IMG/VR virus record: IMGVR_UViG_2778261276_000009
Span: 1-18,014 of that record
Source: a virus
Taxonomy: Duplodnaviria; Heunggongvirae; Uroviricota; Caudoviricetes
Length of the DNA: 18,014 nucleotides
Strand: one strand, 5' to 3'
The position numbers and the translations under genes are program-made. This document shows positions 7,724 to 15,084 of this stretch, one piece after another (within the stretch, counting starts at the first letter, position 1; each line of letters starts with the position of its first letter). The notes under the pieces were generated by a model, which worked only from the letters and a program-made list of their open reading frames with translations, had not been told where the DNA came from and searched no databases.

Positions 7724-7746
7724 AAGCACGGTGTTCGGGGTTTTTT

Positions 7747-8679
7747 ATGAGCAGTAAGCTTCATGGTCTTGTCTGGGAAGGGTGTGCCTTCACAGGCATG
7801 ATCTTATCCAGAGTGGCAGTAATGGCTCGCCTTGCAGACTACAGCAATGACGAAGGTGTGTCATGGCCTGCAGTGGAGACCATTCGTCGTCAGATTGGGG
7901 CAAAGAGTGAATCAACGGTTAAAGCTGCGATAGCTGAACTGGAAAAGAACGGCTGGCTGACGAAGGAGGAACGTAAGGTCGGTGGGCGTAATGAAAGCAA
8001 TATCTACCGTCTTAATGTGGAAAAACTCGAAGCAGCAGCAGCGGCGGCGCGTGAGGCATATAAACCGAAAAGAAAAATTAACCCGGCAAAAAATGACCCG
8101 CTAACCGTTGACCCGTCAAATTCTGATGGATCAACCGTTGATAAAAAACAGCCGGTTAGGGGGGCGATGGTTGGCCCCGATCCGTCAGTATTAAAACCTG
8201 ATCCGTCAGATAAAAGATCTTCTTGTCCGGAAACTTCGCAACCGGACGAGAAGACAGCTGAACAGGCGTTTTTAACCCGTCATCCTGATGCGGTTGTGTT
8301 CAGTGTGAAAAAACGCCAGTGGGGAACTCAGGAAGATTTGACGTGTGCGCAGTGGATCTGGTGGCGAATCGTGAGTCTTTACGAACAGGCTGCCAGCGAT
8401 GATGGCGAGATTACGCGACCGAAAGAACCCAACTGGACCGCATGGGCCAATGACGTGCGCACAATGCGGATGCTGGATGGCAGAACTCACAGGCAAATTT
8501 GCGAAATGTTCAGTCGGGTACAACGGGATCCATTCTGGGTAAAAAACGTCATGAGCCCGTCAAAGCTTCGCGAAAAATGGGATGAGCTGGTTATTCGTCT
8601 GGGACGTTCGCCTGTACAGCGTTGTGTGAATCACATTTCTGAACCGGACACCGAAATTCCGCCAGGGTTCAGGGGATAA
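7747..8679 (+). CDS. Putative replication initiation protein with N-terminal winged-helix domain
   Basis: 310-aa ORF; N-terminal region (LSRVAVMARLADYSNDEGVSWPAVETIRRQIGAKSESTVKAAIAELEKNGWL) typical of phage replication-initiator HTH domains; central low-complexity linker. Confidence 0.5.
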   Translation: MSSKLHGLVWEGCAFTGMILSRVAVMARLADYSNDEGVSWPAVETIRRQIGAKSESTVKAAIAELEKNGWLTKEERKVGGRNESNIYRLNVEKLEAAAAAAREAYKPKRKINPAKNDPLTVDPSNSDGSTVDKKQPVRGAMVGPDPSVLKPDPSDKRSSCPETSQPDEKTAEQAFLTRHPDAVVFSVKKRQWGTQEDLTCAQWIWWRIVSLYEQAASDDGEITRPKEPNWTAWANDVRTMRMLDGRTHRQICEMFSRVQRDPFWVKNVMSPSKLREKWDELVIRLGRSPVQRCVNHISEPDTEIPPGFRG

Positions 8680-8723
8680 GTTTGGTTTGAGATTGGTAAA
8701 TGATTTTAACGGGAGAAATTTTG

Positions 8724-9518
8724 ATGGAAACGTTGATTGATACGTTAAAAGCGATGCAAAAGGTGACGTGCACCGAGCTTGCTGCCAGTTTGGGCATTGA
8801 ACCTGCAGAGGCGATTAAAATGCTGAGGGAGTACGAAGAGCTGGGAGAAGTTGTGTCGGTTAATGGTTACTGGTCTGTTTCAGAACGACAAACGGGCGTG
8901 AAAGAAAAAAAAGTAACGGTGTGTAAAGTGGAAAGAAAATCCCATCCGGTGGTCAGCAGAAAAGAGCGTGAGCCACTGAATCGCTGCGACATCCTGTCCA
9001 CACTTGCTCATGGTGGGGCAATGACCACCGCTGAGATTGCAATTGCTGTGGGGCGTGCTGATTGCGTCAGGTCGCTGGTTTCTGCGATGGAAAAGCTTTG
9101 CCGCGATGGCATGGTGATTAAGCTGGGACAGGGGAAGGGGTGTAAGTGGATGCAGGTAAAAGAAACCGGGGAAAATTTACCAGCAGAGCCGAAAGTTGTA
9201 TCGGTAGAGAAAACACTTGGTAAAGCCTTTTCTCAGCCAGCCGGTGTTGCGTTACCAGTACAGGAAGCGGCAACACAGGAAGAAATTAAAACAGATACTG
9301 TGGGGGACATTGTGCAGTCGTTGCCATCGTTCACTGAAACGCGAGCCAATGGCCTGATTTTACCATCGCTGCATATGGCAAACCGCGAACTGCGCCGGGC
9401 GAAAAGTCATGTCCAGAAGTGGGAGCGAGTCTGCGCCGCGCTGCGGGAGCTGAACAAGCACCAGGATATTGTCCGACAGATTGTCGATTCCTCCAGTCGT
9501 ATTGTGTCGGAAAAGTGA
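8724..9518 (+). CDS. Hypothetical protein with two predicted winged-helix-like regions and a C-terminal helical tail; no Walker A motif
   Basis: GGGAG SD 8 nt upstream of ATG 8724 (ORF track gives 8700); sits where a helicase loader would be expected but has no GxxxxGK[ST]. Confidence 0.5.
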   Translation: METLIDTLKAMQKVTCTELAASLGIEPAEAIKMLREYEELGEVVSVNGYWSVSERQTGVKEKKVTVCKVERKSHPVVSRKEREPLNRCDILSTLAHGGAMTTAEIAIAVGRADCVRSLVSAMEKLCRDGMVIKLGQGKGCKWMQVKETGENLPAEPKVVSVEKTLGKAFSQPAGVALPVQEAATQEEIKTDTVGDIVQSLPSFTETRANGLILPSLHMANRELRRAKSHVQKWERVCAALRELNKHQDIVRQIVDSSSRIVSEK

Positions 9519-9534
9519 TTCCTGGGGAGGGCTT

Positions 9535-9954
9535 ATGGCAAAAGTATTTACACAGGAAGAGCGGGAAAAAATTAAAGGGCAGATCGTTGATCTCGTACGC
9601 CAGAGTGGGCGCGAGACGTTACGACAACTGGAAGCTAAAACGGGGGCGACAAGATATCAGATAAGTGTTCTTGCCAGGGAGTTGGTTGCGAATGGTGACG
9701 TATACAACTCTGGCTACGGGTTATTCCCGTCTGAGCAGGCACGTAAAGACTGGCAAAACGCCCGCAAAAAACTATCGAGGGCAAAGGTGAAGAAACCAGT
9801 TGTGGTTGATCCAGACCTTATTTGGTCATTACTAGACGGAGAAATACGTCGTTACGACAGGCGTCATAATATAATTTGTAGTGAGTGCCGTAAAAGCGAA
9901 GTTATGAAGCGCATATTGTCGTTTTATCAGGGAGATGTTCGGTATTTATTGTAG
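9535..9954 (+). CDS. Hypothetical 139-aa protein
   Basis: GGGGAGGG SD before ATG 9535 (internal to track ORF 9469-9954); HTH-like segment TLRQLEAKTGATRYQISVLARELV. Confidence 0.55.
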   Translation: MAKVFTQEEREKIKGQIVDLVRQSGRETLRQLEAKTGATRYQISVLARELVANGDVYNSGYGLFPSEQARKDWQNARKKLSRAKVKKPVVVDPDLIWSLLDGEIRRYDRRHNIICSECRKSEVMKRILSFYQGDVRYLL

Positions 9955-10156
9955 TGATGATATTTAAGAGCATTAATTAATATGTGAATTGACATTTTCA
10001 TGGCATAGGGTAGAGCTAGCGTGGTTGTCCGCTTTGTGCCATTACCGGACATACTGAGCAGAAGGTTTAAAAGAACGCTTTCAGGACATATAGCAAGAGA
10101 GCAGGGATGATAGAATAAACCCAGTATATTTAATGTTTCAATCATGATAGTTTCTG

Positions 10157-10184
10157 AATTAAAGGGGGGTATCCCCCTTTAATT
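10157..10184. terminator. Perfect 28-bp palindrome at the 3' end of the 92-aa gene, likely bidirectional terminator
   Basis: AATTAAAGGGGGG-T-ATCCCCCTTTAATT at 10157-10184, between convergent genes. Confidence 0.5.
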
Positions 10185-10461
10185 ACTTGTACCACTCAGT
10201 CTGAATTTGGTTACTAACTTCATCAGAGAGATTGTACCAATAAACTAAGTTATTGGTTGCGTCTACAACAATAAGTTTATCATCACTATCCATGACCGCC
10301 CTCACAATTTTGGCTGCATCCTCGGCAGAGTAACTACAGTTAACATACCAGTTCGATTCAGTTGTTAAAGCCCAATTTCCTAAAGATTTAATTGCATCAT
10401 ACACAGCCGCATAATCTTTCGTTTTAATGAGGTCATAAGTAATAAATAAATTATTAGCCAT
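10183..10461 (-). CDS. Hypothetical 92-aa protein of unknown family
   Basis: ATG 10461 with GGAG 8 nt upstream; alternating predicted strand and helix segments; not recognised. Confidence 0.6.
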   Translation of the reverse strand: MANNLFITYDLIKTKDYAAVYDAIKSLGNWALTTESNWYVNCSYSAEDAAKIVRAVMDSDDKLIVVDATNNLVYWYNLSDEVSNQIQTEWYK

Positions 10462-10483
10462 AAATCATCTCCAAAAGGACAAA

Positions 10484-10507
10484 GAAAAAAGCGCCTAGAA
10501 AGGCGCT
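10484..10507 (-). terminator. Intrinsic terminator after the DUF3606-like gene
   Basis: Stem GCGCCT-agaa-AGGCGC (10491-10506); the minus strand reads hairpin then UUUUUUCUUU. Confidence 0.6.
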
Positions 10508-10513
10508 CATATA

Positions 10514-10693
10514 TTAATGGTCTTTAAGCCATGCCTGTACTTTCTTAGCCGAATGACCTACAGCCTGTACGGCTTGAACAAGTTTGGCCTCGCTAACTCC
10601 AAACTTTTCAGCCCAATCACGTCTTTCGTAATCCTGTTTGATACTTATTAAATCATTGTCAGGGGTACCGATTTTGGTCTTATCATCAGCCAT
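10514..10693 (-). CDS. DUF3606-like small protein (about 59 aa)
   Basis: MADDKTKIGTPDNDLISIKQDYERRDWAEKFGVSEAKLVQAVQAVGHSAKKVQAWLKDH matches the DUF3606 pattern as I recall it; GAGGAA SD upstream of ATG 10693. Confidence 0.6.
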   Translation of the reverse strand: MADDKTKIGTPDNDLISIKQDYERRDWAEKFGVSEAKLVQAVQAVGHSAKKVQAWLKDH

Positions 10694-11184
10694 TTTACTG
10701 ATTCCTCGTGATACAGGCTTATACCTGCCCATTAGTTATATGACTCCCGTGCCGCTTCGTAAACGTTCAATAATTAAACAATTGACGCTGATCATAAAAC
10801 CAGTTAAGGGATTTGACTCTACCTTGGATATATGATGATGCCACCCCCTTTATATTGTTGTCGGTAATTCACAGGCATTGAACTCATGCTGGTGAGTGAA
10901 AGACCACATAAACGCCCAACATTTAAACTGCTCTCAGCAGCGTTCGCGGAGCAATATACAGGCTTCGTATTCAATCCTTCCCCTACGAGAAATCCTAGCC
11001 GCTACCTCGTTTTCAAGTGTCAGTAAGTTCTTTGTCAGACATCATACAGTCTTGAGCTGGGTGAGGTGCATGGGGGAAGCTGAAGCCTTAACTGTTGAGG
11101 TAAATCGAACCATAAGTGTGCAATTTTTCAAGCCCGGCGCTATTTTAGTCTTGAAAACAATTAGTACGCCCCCAAGGACAACTC

Positions 11185-11877
11185 ATGATCGAATTTATCG
11201 CAGAGCATATAAACACAATAAGCACACTTATCTCCGCTTGGGCAGCATTGCTAACAGCAGTTGCTACATTTTTCTTGTGGAGAGTAACAAGGCTATTAGC
11301 AGACGAGACAAAAAGGATGGTTGACGCATCAGTTCAACCTCACGTCGTTGTGACTCTTGAACCAAATTCTTGGGCTGCTTTTTATTTTGATATCAATATT
11401 GCTAATACCGGAAATGCCCCAGCCTATGATATTGAAATCGGATTTAATCCCCCACTGGTAAATGCTGAACATAGAAAAAATAAAGGTATACCATTTAGCA
11501 AGGTTAGCGTATTAAAAAACGGCCATTCGCTCAACAGCAGTCTTTGTAAGTATGAACAGATTAAAGATCAAGTTTATTCTGTTAGTATTAGTTGGTCTAA
11601 ACAGCCGGGCTCAACTGAAAGAGAGCGGAATGAGTATTCTTATGATATGGCTTCTTTCGAGGGGGTTAGCTACTTAGGTGCAAGGAGTCCAATGACACAG
11701 ATAGCCGAGCAGGTGAAAAAGATTAGAGAAGACTGGAGGCCGATTTCCCATGGAAGCAAAAAAATTAAAACAGACAACTATAATTCAAGTGACAGAGCCG
11801 AGGAACAACGATTACGTGAAGAGTGGTATCAGACCACTGCAAAGAAATGGGATAAAGAAAAGCAAAAAGATAACTAA
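11185..11877 (+). CDS. Hypothetical 230-aa protein with single N-terminal transmembrane anchor
   Basis: AAGGA SD 6 nt upstream; hydrophobic segment about residues 12-33 (ISTLISAWAALLTAVATFFLWRV); preceded by about 450 nt without convincing coding sequence. Confidence 0.7.
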   Translation: MIEFIAEHINTISTLISAWAALLTAVATFFLWRVTRLLADETKRMVDASVQPHVVVTLEPNSWAAFYFDINIANTGNAPAYDIEIGFNPPLVNAEHRKNKGIPFSKVSVLKNGHSLNSSLCKYEQIKDQVYSVSISWSKQPGSTERERNEYSYDMASFEGVSYLGARSPMTQIAEQVKKIREDWRPISHGSKKIKTDNYNSSDRAEEQRLREEWYQTTAKKWDKEKQKDN

Positions 11878-12206
11878 TACAATTGACCTGATCCCCATAA
11901 ATTAGCATACCACAATCTCAGGTCCGCTCTTCGCTCACAGCGGACCTTCAGCTCCGGTAACTTATCCACTTCGTGCAAATTTCTCTCATAAGGGACAACC
12001 ATACTCAAATCTCCCACATTTCAGGAGGTATGAGTATGAGCACGTCACCGTGGAACAAAGACCAGATGGTCCGTTTAAGCGGGATACTTACAATCTAACT
12101 TCTGTTGGGTCAAGCCCTGAAAGCCGCTTAACATGAACTGTCCAACTTTATGGGGGCAGTCCAGTTGTAGCGGCTTTTTAGTATATCGTTAGAGGGGGGG
12201 GTAATA

Positions 12207-12998
12207 CTATACTGGTAATTGCTTTGTGTCAGGCATTGGCTCGGAAAATCTTTCAAAATCGCTGTACGTGCTTTCATCAAAGAGCGAGATCGCTTCAATT
12301 TGTTCGATAGGAATGACGTGTCGAAAATGTTGTAAATTTAATGGTTCGGACTCAAATGTGATTTCTTTGGATAGATAGAGATCATAGTATCGGTGTTGTT
12401 CTATGTAGCGTAGTGAATCCTTATCTCTGTAACCACTAATGAATGGTATGATCTCAAGATGCGCACAGTTGTGGAATTCAACACGTGGTGCTGCCACATA
12501 CCCGATATATACTTTTCTGGATTTTAGTGTTACAAAAATCAGCATCTCTGTGTCAATGGCTTGGATCAATAGGTTTTCTAGTGAATCTTTTGATGCCATC
12601 TCCCTGTAAGCCTTTTGGCGCGCTTCTTCATTCTCCATTTCTTTTCGCGCATCCACCCCTTCAGAGTAAGCAATACAACAAGCGAAAATGATGGTGATGA
12701 CAGCAAAAAGTGGTAATTCCATCACTTTGGTTTCAAGTAACCAATTAAAAAAATGCCATTCTATAGGTTTGTCTCGGAAAATATTGATTATGTGTGGGAT
12801 AGAGTTCAGTAGCCAGAAAAGCATGTAGATCCCGAGCGTCAAAAGAAATCCTTGAGCAACAAAACGACACCCATGCATTGCAACGTAGAAATAGGATGAC
12901 CACCCATTTGTTCTTGCGTGATGAATTCTCGATTGATAGTGATTCTCGGTGTACCAAAAACCACACACGAGAATCACAGTTATAATCAATGGACCCAT
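12207..12998 (-). CDS. Hypothetical 263-aa membrane protein (three predicted TM helices plus about 150-aa soluble C-terminal domain)
   Basis: ATG 12998 overlaps the stop of the upstream 72-aa gene (TAATG); AGGAAG SD; hydrophobic segments near residues 3-15, 46-63 and 96-112; no recognised catalytic motif. Confidence 0.7.
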   Translation of the reverse strand: MGPLIITVILVCGFWYTENHYQSRIHHARTNGWSSYFYVAMHGCRFVAQGFLLTLGIYMLFWLLNSIPHIINIFRDKPIEWHFFNWLLETKVMELPLFAVITIIFACCIAYSEGVDARKEMENEEARQKAYREMASKDSLENLLIQAIDTEMLIFVTLKSRKVYIGYVAAPRVEFHNCAHLEIIPFISGYRDKDSLRYIEQHRYYDLYLSKEITFESEPLNLQHFRHVIPIEQIEAISLFDESTYSDFERFSEPMPDTKQLPV

Positions 12999-13216
12999 TA
13001 AGCAACTTCCTTGTCTGTACGGTTATGTAGTTTTCGCAATTGTTTCATTTTCTTGATGATGTCTGCTTGAACTTCTGGGTTTTCTATGTTCAGGGTGGCA
13101 TTACCGTTCGCATCAACTGTAAGACGATATTTTGTCGTTTGCTCAAGATGGGTGTCAACATGGGTTGCTACAGCACTTGTGTATCGACGAAGCACTTTTC
13201 CGATAAGTGTGGGCAT
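12998..13216 (-). CDS. Hypothetical 72-aa soluble protein, first gene of the two-gene operon
   Basis: GGAGAG SD 6 nt upstream of ATG 13216 (track ORF starts at 13222, where SD spacing would be 0); stop TAA 12998-13000 overlaps the downstream start. Confidence 0.6.
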   Translation of the reverse strand: MPTLIGKVLRRYTSAVATHVDTHLEQTTKYRLTVDANGNATLNIENPEVQADIIKKMKQLRKLHNRTDKEVA

Positions 13217-13231
13217 ATGCATCTCTCCATT

Positions 13232-13300
13232 GTTAGTGACTAACTTTTATTACATGTTATTTACTATATAGACAACGAAAAGAAAATAAAGTTGTAGTAT
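13232..13300 (-). promoter_or_regulatory. Promoter and palindromic operator of the two-gene operon
   Basis: Minus strand: TTGTCT, 17 nt, TAATAA, then perfect 13-bp palindrome GTTAGTGACTAAC (plus 13232-13244) directly upstream of the SD. Confidence 0.45.
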
Positions 13301-13394
13301 CGAATGAACTAGAGGGGAGGGTAAGTAAAATCGCTGCGGGTGCTTGAGGCTATCTGTCTCAGGCATGAACACCAAAAGGCAGATAAAGAAAAGC

Positions 13395-13465
13395 CCAGTT
13401 AACATTACGCGTCCTGCAAGACGCTTAACATTAATCTGAGGCTCAATCTATGAACGGCAAATCTA
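13395..13465 (-). ncRNA. Predicted Sok-like antisense RNA of the hok locus (position inferred, boundaries approximate)
   Basis: hok leader strongly resembles the R1 hok/mok leader, where Sok is transcribed antisense across the mok start region; no promoter hexamers confidently identified. Confidence 0.25.
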
Positions 13466-13506
13466 GGTTAGCCTCTTACGTGCCGAAAGGCAAGGAGAAG
13501 CAGGCT

Positions 13507-13662
13507 ATGAAGCAGCAAAAGGCGATGTTAATCGCCCTGATCGTCATCTGTTTAACCGTCATAGTGACGGCACTGGTAACGAGGAAAGACCTCTGCGAGG
13601 TACGAATCCGAACCGGCCAGACGGAGGTTGCTGTCTTCGTGGACTACGAATCTGAGAAGTAA
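13507..13662 (+). CDS. hok: Hok/Gef-family type I toxin (HokD/RelF-like)
   Basis: MKQQKAMLIALIVICLTVIVTALVTRKDLCEVRIRTGQTEVAVF is near-identical to HokD as recalled; upstream leader GGTGCTTGAGGC (13339-13350) and mok-like upstream ATG at 13450 resemble the R1 hok leader; 3' segment GCATCCTCAATGCACC (13709-13724) is complementary to the 5' end. Confidence 0.85.
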   Translation: MKQQKAMLIALIVICLTVIVTALVTRKDLCEVRIRTGQTEVAVFVDYESEK

Positions 13663-13719
13663 GAGTGACCAGGCGGGAGAGTAATCTCCCGCCACCTCTG
13701 ATGTGTCGGCATCCTCAAT

Positions 13720-13755
13720 GCACCCGCGCTTAACCCTCTTTGGCGTTTTTTTTTG
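13720..13755 (+). terminator. 3' end of hok mRNA (T-run 13746-13754)
   Basis: Long T-run after a GC-rich segment; a perfect 9-bp stem with GTAA loop at 13672-13693 lies just after the stop. Confidence 0.45.
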
Positions 13756-13890
13756 CTTTCAGATAATAAATTTACCAAAATGGTTTACAAAATCATTTTT
13801 TATGATAATTTATTAGTCATGAAGTCTTCATCACAGGTTGTGCTCCGAAAATAGGCAGCCTGTTACTTATAGCGAATCGAGGAATTAACT

Positions 13891-14250
13891 ATGGCACTCA
13901 CTGAATTCGGTAAGGCCGTTAGAAAAGCGAGGATAGATACCGACTGCACATTGCTTACGATGGCTCAAGAACTGGGAGTAACTTCAGCTTTTCTGAGCGG
14001 TTTAGAAACAGGCAGTAAGAAAATCCCCAAAAAATGGGTAAAAGAGATTCAGGCTTTTTTCCTGAAAAGAGGTTATGAGATTAATAATCTTCAGGAATTG
14101 GCTGATGTATCTAATCAGTTTGTTTCCCTTGATGGATTGTCGCAAAATCAGCAAATGTTGGTTGCTGGTTTTGCTAAATCCCCATTAACACCAGAGCAGT
14201 TAAAGCGAATAGCAGAGTTGATGAAAAGTATTAATCATGTTGAGGGATGA
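13891..14250 (+). CDS. XRE-family helix-turn-helix transcriptional regulator
   Basis: 119-aa ORF, GAGGAA SD; HTH segment LTMAQELGVTSAFLSGLETG; inverted repeats upstream (AAAATG...CATTTT 13778-13801; TGAAGTCTTCA 13824-13834). Confidence 0.8.
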   Translation: MALTEFGKAVRKARIDTDCTLLTMAQELGVTSAFLSGLETGSKKIPKKWVKEIQAFFLKRGYEINNLQELADVSNQFVSLDGLSQNQQMLVAGFAKSPLTPEQLKRIAELMKSINHVEG

Positions 14251-14253
14251 TCG

Positions 14254-14736
14254 TTGGAACAATCAGCTTACACATTACGTGGAAATCGTGTTGCACCAAT
14301 GAGTATTGTTGATATAACAACTCGCGCTGTTAACTATAGCGCGATCTTCGACCTTAAAACGTTGAAAAGAAAAAAGCGGTTAGACCATGCATTTGAGTTG
14401 TTGAGTGAATATGGGATAACGCTCAATATCGTTGAGGATCGTGCGTGGACTAAAGCTACATATGATTTGACATCTGGGCATTACGATCCAATTACACTTA
14501 CAATTAGTGTGCCGAATCATACATTTGAGTTGGCATGTAAAGGTGATAGAGAAGCATTATTTGTGCTCTTTCATGAAATCGGACATTTGGTGTTGGGGCA
14601 TAGAGCGTTATTTCACAGTTCCAATAAACCACCTTCGCAAATTGAAGATGCTGAATGGCAAGCAGATTTGTTTGCCGAGGTGGTTTTGCGCGAATTAGGA
14701 TTTTATATGGATCAACTATCATTTGACTTTTTATAA
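14254..14736 (+). CDS. ImmA/IrrE-family (COG2856-type) zinc metallopeptidase
   Basis: HEIGHLVLGH (HEXXH) at 14569-14601; start 4 nt after the XRE stop; TTG at 14254 has a GAGGGA SD, the alternative ATG at 14299 has none. Confidence 0.8.
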   Translation: MEQSAYTLRGNRVAPMSIVDITTRAVNYSAIFDLKTLKRKKRLDHAFELLSEYGITLNIVEDRAWTKATYDLTSGHYDPITLTISVPNHTFELACKGDREALFVLFHEIGHLVLGHRALFHSSNKPPSQIEDAEWQADLFAEVVLRELGFYMDQLSFDFL

Positions 14737-14738
14737 AA

Positions 14739-14760
14739 AAGCCCTGCTGTAACAGGGCTT
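14739..14760 (-). terminator. Hairpin whose U-run is on the minus strand
   Basis: AAGCCCTG-ctgtaa-CAGGGCTT; the plus strand has the A-run before it and no T-run after, so it terminates leftward transcripts most efficiently. Confidence 0.5.
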
Positions 14761-15064
14761 AGGATGGAAAGTCCGATAACTTTCCAGTGCAGATGGAGAA
14801 CCCCACCGCCACACTTGGATTTGACAGATGCAAGTTTAGCGGTTCTCCCAACAAATCGCAACCTGTATGGGGATACAGGTATGCAGGGACTTGCTTGTTA
14901 TGGCAATGAAAATCTGTAAGGAATGCGGAAAACCGTGCGAAATTATTTTTCGTTATTCCGTTTGTATCAATGGAGTTATGCGATATGCGAGGAAGGGGCA
15001 CCCTTTCCCGATTCCTGTTTGTGGTTGCTCCCGAACGTAGAGTTGCATAATGATCTAATCTAAA

Positions 15065-15084
15065 CCCGCTTCGGCGGGTTTTTT
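15065..15084 (+). terminator. Intrinsic terminator, plus-oriented
   Basis: CCCGC-ttcg-GCGGG followed by TTTTTT (15079-15084). Confidence 0.65.

Noticed and set aside
9927-10145. 72-aa minus-strand ORF after the 10157-10184 palindrome
   Set aside because: No SD upstream of its ATG, begins just past a likely terminator and overlaps the 3' end of the convergent 139-aa gene.
10896-11324. 142-aa plus-strand ORF overlapping the start of the 230-aa gene
   Set aside because: GTG start without SD, low-complexity basic composition, overlaps a better-supported gene in another frame; most likely a leader region.
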